Assembly: GCF_963921235.1 (NCBI RefSeq)
Contig: NC_086106.1
Span: 34,844,001 to 34,908,000, forward strand
DNA length: 64,000 bases
DNA from: Mobula hypostoma
Taxonomy: Eukaryota
Direction: 5' to 3'
Of the stretch, positions 40,031 to 49,949 are shown piece after piece (position 1 is the first letter of the stretch; every line of letters starts with the position of its first letter). Under the pieces are notes generated by a model, which worked only from the letters and a program-made list of their open reading frames with translations, was not told where the DNA came from and did no database searches. Position numbers and translations under genes: made by a program.

Positions 40031-40077
40031 CAGGTATCACAGTCAGCTTTGTGCCAGCTCCGTCATGGTAATAATAA
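40031..40077 (-). CDS. IgNAR: J segment YYYHDGAGTKLTVIP + phase-1 G
   Basis: G-A-G-T motif; donor G|GTAAGT at 40030. Upstream RSS on plus strand: CACAATG 40078-40084, 23 nt, TCAAGAAGT 40108-40116. Confidence 0.95.
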
Positions 40078-40311
40078 CACAATGATTAACTTCCTATTCA
40101 GTACAATTCAAGAAGTAATCATTGCAACTGAATTGTAGACGGAGGCTTTCCACAATAATACAGGAGTACCAGGACTGTAGGTAGAATTCAACCTAAAGGA
40201 GAAGTAACATTGTTTGAAAAACGGTGTTGAGTAATATCCATGAACGTAAAGGCATATTTTGTAATCCCATTTACAAATAAATGATCTTAAAACAATAAAA
40301 ACAGTCTCGGA

Positions 40312-40379
40312 GGTTTGCGCTATGCATTAGACTACTGTGGCACAGTACTGGCACAGCAGTTCACATGAGCACAATAACC
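40312..40379 (-). other. IgNAR: D3 segment (coding 40351-40340, CCAGTACTGTGC) with 12/12 RSSs
   Basis: 5' RSS: CACAGCA 40352-40358, 12 nt, ACAATAACC. 3' RSS: CACAGTA 40339-40333, 12 nt, GCGCAAACC. Confidence 0.9.
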
Positions 40380-40691
40380 TCCTTGTTCAAAATAGCGTAT
40401 AAATCCGTCAGATAATCACATACGTCCATGATACGATGGTAGGGGACATGAATGAAATGGTTGCACTGGTCTGTTTAAATCCCGTCGATAATAGCTCTCA
40501 GCCAGGTAGATAATATCAAGACTTTCTTATTAATATGATGATCACATATGTACTGCAATTATGCAAACATATAGAGCAAGGCTGCGCTTTGTGTACCATT
40601 CTCTGGCAGAGATAAAGAATGTTTGTCTGAACGCAGTTTTAGTCCCTAAAGGAATATCTTGCATTAATTTGGCATTAATAACCGCCGAGAC

Positions 40692-40771
40692 GATTTATGC
40701 ATGACCGGGACTGAAGATTCATCACTGTGACAACACCCATCCACACAGTCATTGATACTAGTACTGAAAGG
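40692..40771 (-). other. IgNAR: D2 segment (coding 40743-40730, TGGATGGGTGTTGT) with 5' 12-RSS and 3' 22-RSS
   Basis: 5' RSS: CACAGTC 40744-40750, 12 nt, ACTGAAAGG. 3' RSS: CACAGTG 40729-40723, 22 nt, GCATAAATC. Confidence 0.88.
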
Positions 40772-40968
40772 TTCCTTCTACTTTAATACAAGAAACCGAG
40801 GTCACAGCGCAAATTACAATCTAGTTCCTAAAGCATTATTCTATACAACTTTTTTTATAACCAATAATCCTTCGAAAATAGTGTACAGTTTTATACATTA
40901 TATATCTTCATTGTACAATTCAGGACCGGGTTAACATTGACTTTTCTCCAATTATCAAATGCATTGAT

Positions 40969-41049
40969 GGTTTTTGAATTGCAGAGTCCGTGTTTTGGAT
41001 CACTGTGACAGTATATAGTGGCACAGTGGTTGATTCAATAGCAATAAGG
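40969..41049 (-). other. IgNAR: D1 segment (coding 41021-41008, CCACTATATACTGT) with 5' 12-RSS and 3' 23-RSS
   Basis: 5' RSS on plus strand: CACAGTG 41022-41028, 12 nt, GCAATAAGG. 3' RSS on minus strand: CACAGTG 41007-41001, 23 nt, TCAAAAACC. Confidence 0.93.
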
Positions 41050-41244
41050 TCTCCATTTACATAACTCTGGGAGAATACTGACGATGCACCTCCAACTGCG
41101 TCCACTTGGATAAAAGCGGCATTGTGACTGTCGCCAACTTAGTACTGATGTACACTCGCTCTACAGCGGAATCAACTGCTGCTCAGTAATTTTCGTTTCC
41201 AGAAGAGCGAAGCAGTCAGAGATTCTCGCGTGCAAGATTTTCAA

Positions 41245-41282
41245 TCTTTTTGAATTGGCGTGTGCTCAGCTGCGTTAGTGTG
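41245..41282 (-). promoter_or_regulatory. V 3' RSS: CACACTA - 22 nt - TCAAAAAGA
   Basis: Directly follows the V coding end (TGT AAA GCT CAA GAC). CAC and the nonamer A-tract are conserved. Confidence 0.88.
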
Positions 41283-41554
41283 GTCTTGAGCTTTACAAAA
41301 ATACGTGGCCGTGTCTTCAACGATTAGGTTGCTGATCTGCAGGGAAAAGGACTTTGTTGGCTTGTTGACTGATTCCGCATATCGTCCTCCAATAGATAGC
41401 CTTTCCCAATCCGATCGACCCTTTCTTTGGATGAACCATGATGTGCTATACAGGCCACAGGCAGCATCTCTTAAAACACAGTTGATGGTCAGAGTTTCGC
41501 CTGGTTGTTTCGTTGCTTCTCTTGGTGTTTGTTCTACCCATGCACTGAAGGCAT
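41283..41554 (-). CDS. IgNAR: VNAR exon, type II: (N)[90 protein letters not shown]
   Basis: Acceptor ttttcctcccttcag at 41556-41555. Canonical C22/W36/C83; extra Cys29 in CDR1; no FR2 Cys; no CDR2 (HV2/HV4 layout); no stop codons. Confidence 0.97.
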
Positions 41555-41665
41555 CTGAAGGGAGGAAAACAGATTTTATCATCGCATATCTGAAGCAGCA
41601 CGGGATTTAACAACGCAACGGCAAAATAGTAACCATTATTCTCTCTAAAACTGAACTGCACTTAC

Positions 41666-41708
41666 TCGGCAACCAGGTTAAAAATATCGAAACATATAAA
41701 ATATTCAT
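41666..41708 (-). CDS. IgNAR: IgNAR leader exon, MNILYVSIFLTWLP + phase-1 A
   Basis: ATG at 41708-41706; donor A|GTAAGT at 41665; 111-nt intron. Spliced leader MNILYVSIFLTWLPNAFS resembles the recalled nurse shark IgNAR leader (MNIFLLSVLLALLPNVFT). Confidence 0.93.
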
Positions 41709-41798
41709 TGTTCCTTCACGACCTGAAAGCCTGTTAAACAGAGAAGGTTCCAGACATCAGCGCAGGCTGTCTGTGCAACCTTCTGGAGAAGCAAAGAC

Positions 41799-41832
41799 TT
41801 TATAAGCCTCGAGAGCCTGGCCTCATTTGCAT
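41799..41832 (-). promoter_or_regulatory. IgNAR V promoter: octamer ATGCAAAT (41832-41825) and TATAAA (41804-41799)
   Basis: Perfect octamer in IgH orientation, 20 nt upstream of a TATAAA box and about 117 nt upstream of the leader ATG (41708). A CRE-like TGACGCA is also present at 41922-41928. Confidence 0.8.
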
Positions 41833-42684
41833 AATGTAGAATGACTGCACATTCACCACGATTATAGCTTGGATAATGATATGCATTATACTGTATCCGA
41901 TAATTACATCGGTAAAATATATGACGCATTAACGTGAATGTACGGATAGAAATTTAGAGAAAGATCTTCATTGCTTCCTTCCATCGCACTGAATGTATTT
42001 ATCTTTGCTCTGTTATATGGAGAGAGCTTCACAAAAATACGTTAAAAGTCTAATGTTCATTATGACACAGCAAATGCTCTAAACCAATTCAGTTCATCAC
42101 CACGAATAACTAAAGATTATTCCTATTGATGCAGACAAACTGAGCACATCCCTGTCTCTCTATGTTACTTCCTCTATTCACCATTGGTAGTTAACATGAA
42201 TCTGATGCCAGCCGTAGTAACAAAATCTGAGCCGAAATTTATTATCAATTGTGGTTTCGTGACTTCGCATGCAATGTGCGTGGATATGAATGAAGCAACA
42301 CAAGATACTGGAGGAACTCGACCAGACAGAAAGCATTACGGTGAAAAAACTCAGATATGCCTAATTTAGGGTAGTAATCCGGGTCATTTCTGATCAGAAG
42401 ACAGAAAGGAGATGGATTTGTCAAATTCGAACAACGTGGCAAACTACGGACCACATTCCATAAGGATGTCAAAGGGAGAAGAGGTTGGGCAATGATTAAA
42501 TTCTGAGGGTAGCCGATACGCATTAAATACACAATTTTAATGGAATATATAACTTCTTGGGAAGAGTGGATGGCGGCATACGTGGCAAATTTGGTCAAGA
42601 AGATAAAGAAAGCATGATTAAGGTTTAGGGAGATAAAATCGAACAGTGATACTGAAAAAATATAAATAAGCCAGAAAAGAATTG

Positions 42685-42823
42685 NNNNNNNNNNNNNNNN
42701 NNNNNNNNNNNNNNNNNNNNNNNNNNNNNNNNNNNNNNNNNNNNNNNNNNNNNNNNNNNNNNNNNNNNNNNNNNNNNNNNNNNNNNNNNNNNNNNNNNNN
42801 NNNNNNNNNNNNNNNNNNNNNNN
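42685..42823. other. Assembly gap (139 N)
   Basis: Run of N. Confidence 1.
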
Positions 42824-43932
42824 CGAGCCATATTTTGGCAAGTCGGATACATACATTAAGAAACAAAGATAACTCGGCAGAGGACAGAACCATTCACGGA
42901 TAAAGCAGGAAGCATGCTTTTGGAGAGCGATTATGTGCGTTCAGTCCTAAGGTGTACTTTGCCCATGTTTTTACCAAGGGGAGAGAATTAGAGGGTACTG
43001 AGACCAGAGTGGAGCGTGCTAATTTGTCAGGACATTTTGAGATTAGGAATCCCTTTAAAATCATCCATTTTGAAGTGTTTGCAGGGCCTATTGAAGTATT
43101 CTAGAGAAAGGTGAGAATGGTGATTCCTGGCGCCATGACCAACATATTTGTACAAGTTCAATTTGAAGTTCGTTTATTGTCATTTGAGTGTACATATAGA
43201 AAACCAAACGAAACAACGTTCCTCCGAACGGCGGTGCATCCACACAACATATATCACACGCATACAAAACACCAAAGTATACTATAAATAAGTTAGCAAA
43301 TTATAATTATAAATGTATGTAGTAATGGGGAGCGCAGATAAATAGTAAACAGTACAGTAAGCAATGCGCTGTCCTAGAGACGATACATAGGTGTTGGTTG
43401 GGTATCATTATTCTCACACCCTGAGGGAAGATGCTGTTGGGTGTGGGGGGGGGGGGTGTAGGAATGTTGGTCCCTTGTTCGGGAATGAAAATGGCTTTAA
43501 TCTGGAAATAATAGATTGGTGGATCTTATTGTCAGTGGTAGGGAAACTAATGTAGAGGATTCTTAGAAATAGTATTTATGAGCATTTGGAAAAGCATAGC
43601 CTAATTAGGGATCATCAGTATAACCTTGTGCGAGGCAGCTCATTTCTTAGTATCAGTATTGAAGGTTTCAAGAAGGTGATGGAGATGATTGATGAAGGTA
43701 GAGAGTTAGAATATGTCTACGTGGGTTTTAGGGAGATATGCGAGAAGGCCACTCATGGGATACTCGTACAGAAGATTAAGAAGCATGCTATCCATGGTGG
43801 CTTGGCCATTTGGATTCATGATTGTGTTGCCTACCGAAGACAGATTGTACAACTTGATTGATGGTTCTGGTTGCAAGTACGTCACTAATGTTGTTCCGTA
43901 CCAGAACCTCCGACGTTAGTGATGATATATAC

Positions 43933-46900
43933 AGTGGCGTGCACTTGGTCCATGATGACAGACAAAAAAAATGCTCGTTAGGTTCGTTTCATTCAGCAGA
44001 CGCTTTTATTGGGACAAGCACCGGACGCTATGACCCGGGGAGAAACCCACTCAGTCACATGCAGACGGCGAGGTGATTATTACATACCCTGGTTACAGTC
44101 ACGGTGACGCACAAACGCAGAAGCAAATAGTGTCAGCCGGTCCCGGTTCGGCACGACTGGCTTCGGCCACTCAGGCAACCGCACTCGGTATGATCGGAGA
44201 TGCAGTCGAGCAGCTCTGCCGGCCCCTTCCAACGGATTACAAACTCGGGGGATAGTCTCTTCTTCCGGCTGCGGTAGTAGACCCATACCGGGGCCTCCAC
44301 CTGGTACTGCTGCACTGGCGCCCTAGACTGACTCCGGCTCGTTCTGGGACGTGCAAGCATCTTTGCAGTGAACGAACAGCTCCACGTCTTGCCTGTCCAC
44401 TGGCCAATAGAAGCTTTCGCGCAACTTGCCCAACGTCCTTGCGACCCCGAAACAGCCTGTCCCACCAGTCCGTGCACGGACTGTAACACCGTGGCCACGG
44501 CCAGAACAGCAGCCCGTCTGGCTTCTCCAGCGTGCCCACTGAGAGAATAGGGCTTTAATCTCTGGATCTAGGGCGGAGACCTCTGCCCACTCCGGCCATC
44601 ATCCCACGCTCACTAATCCCTTTACTCGGAGCAGCAGAGGATCGCTCACCTGCCAGCTGTGCAGCTGCTGGTCAATGGTGGGGAGGTCTACATCGCCGCC
44701 AGCTGCCATCTGAAGTACCGCCACTGGCGCTTGCCCCTAGTGTCGCTGTGTTGCGTTGGGCCACCTCGCGGTCTCCTGAACTGTCGCGGGTCGCTGTGAG
44801 ACCATGGTGCTTTCTGCTGCCCCCGCCAGGTCCGCTTTCTGAAGGTGCCCTGCCGGAGTAGAGTATTGCCGCCAGTACATCTACGCCACCCCCCCCCCCC
44901 GCTCACCCCCCAGCGGGACAGTAGGTTCAGGGCAATGGGGCAGGACTCCCGGATTGTCATATGGGCGGGGGGGGGTGCTGGTGGCGGTCCCAAATGCAAG
45001 ACACAAACACTGAAGTACTATGAACAGGGCTAGGAAAGCTGGACCTGGACGAGGAACTACGAACTTGGAACCTGGACAAGTACTCCTAGCCAGAGACTGA
45101 ACAGGAATCGGGAATCTGGGTTTTGACTCGGGCTCGGATTCCGGATCCAGTCGAGGACAAGGAGTGGCTACAGGGCGTGGTGTGGCTATGAGACTGGACG
45201 AGGACCTCATGCACAGGACGAGGCACATGGAAAGGACGAGAACCCGAAGCCTTGACTTGGTCTTGAGAGAACAGGAACACAGAGACTTGGTCTTGGCAGA
45301 ATTAGAACACAGGGACTTGGTCTTGGCAGAACTGGAACACAGGGACTTGGTCTTGGAAGAACAGGAACATGGAACAGACAGCCGGGACCCCTCCTTGGGT
45401 ACAGGACTTGGGGCCGGGACTCTACACAGAGTCAGCACCCCTCCTAGGGAGCAAGACGTAGGGCCGGGACTCATACACAGAACACTGAGAGACAGATCTC
45501 TGCTCAAGGTAGCGGTATATGGCCGGACCTACCCAGCGGAGGGGAGGGCACAAAGAGGCGGTTCTCAACACAAGGTAGCGGCAAACGGTAGGACCTACCT
45601 AGCGAAGGCGAGGATACAAAGCGACAGTTCCAAACAGCGAAGTACAGCTCCTTATCTAGACACAACAAGGCTCCGGTCTTTCTTCGGCAGCAGGATTTGA
45701 CAGCGATTCGGTCAAGGACGCAGACAAGGCTTCAGACAAAGGTTGCAGGCAAGGCTTCAGGCAAAGGTTGTAGGCAAGGTTTCAGGCAAAGGTTGCAGGC
45801 AAAGGCTTCAGGCAAAGGCTTCAGACAAAGGCTTCAGGCAAAAGTTGCAGGCAAAGCTTCAGGCAAGGTTTCAGAAGGAAGGGAAGAAAAGGGAAGGGAA
45901 GGGAACAGTCCAGCAACTGAAGCTGAACCCAGGAGCTATTTATGTAGCCGGCTCAAAATGAGAATCACCTGCTTCAATTTAGGCACCCAACAGAACAAGG
46001 GAAACCAGAAACCCTGGAATAAGGATCGATGGACCAGTCCGTGAACCGGAATGCGGACTTCATGGACCAGACCATGACACGGATGTCAGCCATACGCAAC
46101 TATTATTCTACTGTGTTTCCCCCACTGCGATGTGTAGCCACCCCTTCCCCCTCAGCGCTGCACAGTTGCAGTAACCGTATGGCAAGGCAAACCATCCGGC
46201 GTGGTTGTCCACCCAGGCAGGGTGGATGGGCCGTCTTGCGAGGAAAGCCGGATAGGTAATGGTGAGTATTGACACCGTGTCCACCAACGCAAGAGCTCTG
46301 ATGCCCTCTACCACGCAGTCCACGCAAAAGCCTTGTTCTTCACCAAAACGTCGCAACCGGAGAGGCGACAACCGAAGGATTCTGCTGGAGGTGTCGAGCA
46401 GTGCCGTCTGGCTGAGCTGGGCTATGGCATGGCGCTGCTACGGAGCAATTCCAGGCCAGATGCCTTGCCTTGCCATACCGATAGCAGAGACAACTCCGTG
46501 GCACGCCATGGGGCCTGAGCGGTGCTGGTCGGAACTGTCTCACGGGCTCCTCTTCGTCAGTTTCCTCCTCCACCTCGATGACGCAAGCCCAGCCTCGCAG
46601 CATGCCGAGTGACACTAGAATGCCGTGGGGGAGTGAAGTTGCTTCGCCCTTCTACCTCTGCCAGTGATGATAGTAATGTTAGGGGAACATGCTGCCGAAG
46701 ACTCTCCGGCGTGTGCGCCTTTCCAAAGGCGTGTATGGCAAGCTCTTCTTGGACCGCGGAAAGGAAATGGGGTTGGCCATGACGAGCATAGTGGCGGAGA
46801 TCTGCTGCGACCGCCCTCCAGGCTTTCTCTTGCACGGCCCCACCTGCTGCCCAGTTCTTCTCTCATTATTTTCTCCAATGGCCTCTGCCAGAAACGCAGC

Positions 46901-47867
46901 TCCTGCGCTGCTTGGATAGCCCTATAGTCATACTGCTCAGCTGGCGTTAGGTCAAGTAGGGCCCGCAGGGAATCCCCCTCCAGTGCCAGGACAAGGTCCA
47001 TAGCCGTTCTGGTGGGGCTCTACAATTCTGCCATGCGGCAAATTTGACCTGTAAGGTAAGGCTCCAGGCGGCAGGTAGCATTATATCTAAGAGGCTTCAG
47101 GGTGGACAATGTAGCATGAGAACTGAGTCCTGTTATTCCTCCTCTTCCTCCAGCGGCGTTGTTGGCACCTGCCATGTTGCCCGTCCTCCCATGCTGCGGT
47201 ATCTTCGGTTCTCCGGTGTGGTCCAAGATGGAGGTGGGTGATGTGCCCCGTCATCTCCCCCGGGTTCGGGAGCCTGGGTACGCCTGCCCCGTCGTGTTTC
47301 ATTGCGAAGGCACAATGCTCATTTCCCAGGTCCTCCCTCCGGCTCGGCGTCCCGTCTCTGGGAGCCCAGCCTGGAGTAGCATGTAGACATACCTCTCAGT
47401 CGCTTGACTTATTGCCCGGCTTTAAGGAGCTTCATCCGATGTCGTAGCTCTTCAGTCTCGCCGTGAATTTCTAATCCCACTCCTGATCCCAATGTGGCGA
47501 GCATTCGGTGACAAACGAGAACAGTTCCTTTAACTCTTCAGCCGTCTTTATTGCTACAAGCACAAAAACAGACTGGCCGTTATGCACCGAGGAGGGAACG
47601 GCCCAGTCACATACTGAAGGTGGAGGTCAGTATCACACACACTAGTTACAGCTCATGTGACCCATAAACAAACATATGAATGACTGTATAACCCAAGTTA
47701 AAATGTAACAATAAATGAAATTCAACAACCCACCATAATCTCACGAAAGCATTTCAAAACAAGAAAAATAAATAGCGCTGGCCACTAGGAATGCTGGAGT
47801 GGGTTGTCGACCAGGCCCACTCCGCGCCCCCCCCCCCCCCCACACACACAACTCCCGCAGCCCTACA
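43933..47867 (-). mobile_element. Decayed Gypsy LTR retrotransposon: 5' LTR 47867-47493, tRNA-Leu-like PBS, gag, protease, integrase remnant, partial 3' LTR-like end
   Basis: LTR TGTAGGG...CGCCACA. PBS TTGGGATCAGGAGTGGGATT (47492-47473) resembles the complement of the tRNA-Leu(CAG) 3' end (recalled TGGTGTCAGGAGTGGGAT). gag LVLALEGDSLRALLDL; protease LVDTVS; integrase-end RWKGP. The 43933 end is related but more diverged. Confidence 0.78.
44955..46079 (-). mobile_element. Solo LTR (family A) with exact 5-bp TSD CGGAT, nested in the Gypsy protease region
   Basis: Reverse-complement termini match 2070-3159; CGGAT at 44950-44954 and 46080-46084. Removing it rejoins ...WLT|DIRESCPIALNLLSRWG. Confidence 0.9.
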
Positions 47868-48164
47868 ATATATATTCATATATTCAAGTACATTTGTTAT
47901 CAAAGTATGTAGAAATTATACATCCTTCAGATGTACTTGCTTCCCGGTAGCCACAAAGCGAGAAATCGGAAAGAACACAATTTAAAGTGAAAAGAATAAC
48001 AATTAAAAAAAATAAGAGACCAAGCAACGCACACAAAATGTTGTCGAACTCAGCAGTCAAGGTAGCATCAATGGACAGGAAGTGCACAGTCGATGCTTGG
48101 GGCCCAGTCATGCTGCTCAGCCGCCGTTAGGTCGAGCAGGACCCGCGGGGCGTCCCCTTCCGCT

Positions 48165-49250
48165 GCCAGGACAAGAGCTACCGCCGTTCTGGTGGGGCAC
48201 CACATTGTGCCATGCGGCAAGTAAGGCTCCAGGCGGCTGGTAGCATTCTATTTGAGGAGTTTAAGGAGGACTATGCACCCTGAAAACTGAGTCCTGTTGG
48301 TCTTCCTCTTCCTCCAGCGGTGTCGGTGGTACCTGCCATATTGCCCGACCTCCCATTGCTGCGTTTTCTTCAGCCCCCGGTGCGGTCCAAGAGGGAGGTG
48401 GGGGATGTGCTCCGCTATGCCCCCGGGTTTGGGAGCCTGGCTACGCTCGCCCCACCGGGTTCCTGGGGAAGGCATAATGCTCAGTTCCTAGGTCCTCCGG
48501 GTCGGCGTCCCATCTTCGGGAGCCCGGCCCGGAGTAGCGGGGTAGACATACTGCTCAGTCCCTTGGCCTATTCCCCGGGTTTTAAGGCATTCTATCCGAT
48601 GTCGTAGTTCTTCAATCTCGCCGTGAATTTCTAATCCCACTCCTGATCCCAATGTGGCGAGCATTCGGTGACAGACGAGAACAGCTCCTTTAACTCATCA
48701 GCCGTCTTTATTGCAACAAGCACAAAAACAGACTGGCCTGTATGACCCGAGGAGAGAACCACTCAGTCACATACTGATGGTGGAGGTCATCATTATGTAC
48801 CCTAGTTACAGTCAATGTGACCCACAAACAAACATAAGGATAACCGTATAACCCAAGTTAAAATGTAACAATAAATGAACTTCAACATCCCACCATAATC
48901 CCACGAAACAAGAAAAATAAATAGCGCTGGCCACTAGGAATGCTGCGGCGGGCTGTCGACTAGGCCCACTCCGCGCACCCCCCCCCCCCCACCCCCCGGA
49001 GCCCTACAATATATATTCATATTCAAGTACATTTGTTATCAAAGTATGAAGAAATTACACGTCCTTCAGATGTACTTGCTTCCCGGTAGCCACAAAGCAA
49101 GAAATCTGAAAGAACACAATTTAAAGTAAAAAGAATAACAATAAAAAAAAATAAGAGACCAAGCAACACAGACAAAATGCTGGTGAACACAGCAGGCCAG
49201 GTAGCATTAGTGGAACATTTAAACGGTCGATGCTTCCGGTCGAGACCCTT
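48165..49250 (-). repeat. Tandem duplicate of the Gypsy 5' end (gag start + PBS + LTR 49008-48653) plus flanking sequence
   Basis: Parallels about 46985-48070 at an offset of about 1.14-1.18 kb and includes the same non-LTR flank 'atatatattcatattcaagtacatttgttatcaaagtatg'. Confidence 0.85.
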
Positions 49251-49949
49251 CATCAGGCATTTTTTTTTGTGTATTGCTTGGAATTCCAGCATCAGCACGT
49301 TTTCTCGTATTAATAAAAGACCAATACTCGATGCACAAGAGAATGACAAAAATACAAGGCAAGCAAACAATTGAAGCGAACAGCAGCATTCCAAACCAAA
49401 AATGAGTTTTCAGATCCGATTCGCAGAGCACCCCGGAGTAGACCCAAAGCGTCGCTGATCAGTTCATCTTATTCGTGGGCACGGAGCACAGCAGCCGGAG
49501 CAGTCTTCATAGCTTCAGCGCCATGGAGATGCCCATGGTGGAGAACGAGCGAAATCGGCTCTCGCCTCCGATCTTGGCCGGCGGTTTAATTCTACTTCAC
49601 ATTGGGATCCAGGTACCGTTGATTTGAAAGGCCCTGGGACATGAGCACGCTGCCCTGCGACACGCTCCGGCCCTGATTTCGTCGCCCAGCCCGAAGCCGC
49701 TCTTAAGTTCTTCAAGTACGCTCAGCCTTTCCTTTGCCTTCACTGTGATGGAAATCTGGCACATTGCTTTGACTCCCGGGCAGGAACGCTCCCCACTCTC
49801 CATTCCTGCCCAGCCCTTCATGTGCAAGTCGGGACTACGAATTGCTGTCAATGTGCCGACTCCCCGGCCGGCATTTCAGGAAGAGCTCATTAGCAGACAA
49901 TGCCGCCAACCACCGATAGCCTGTGGCATCCAATTTCGAGGTCAGGATA

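Larger units (their letters stand above)
19985..41708 (-). other. IgNAR: Germline IgNAR gene cluster: L-V-D1-D2-D3-J-C1-C2-C3-C4-C5/Sec-TM
   Basis: All segments are on the minus strand in the expected order. Exon phases are consistent (L 43 nt; C1 321, C2 303, C3 318, C4 321 nt, all phase 1) with GT/AG junctions. The short V lacks CDR2, there are three D segments and five C domains, and the translations resemble recalled nurse shark IgNAR domains. Confidence 0.97.

Noticed and set aside
41120-41126. CACAATG between V and D1, a possible relic fourth D
   Set aside because: No nonamer at 12 or 23 nt and no convincing opposing RSS.
42245-42903. ORFs of 73-203 aa around the gap
   Set aside because: Artefacts of translating through N.
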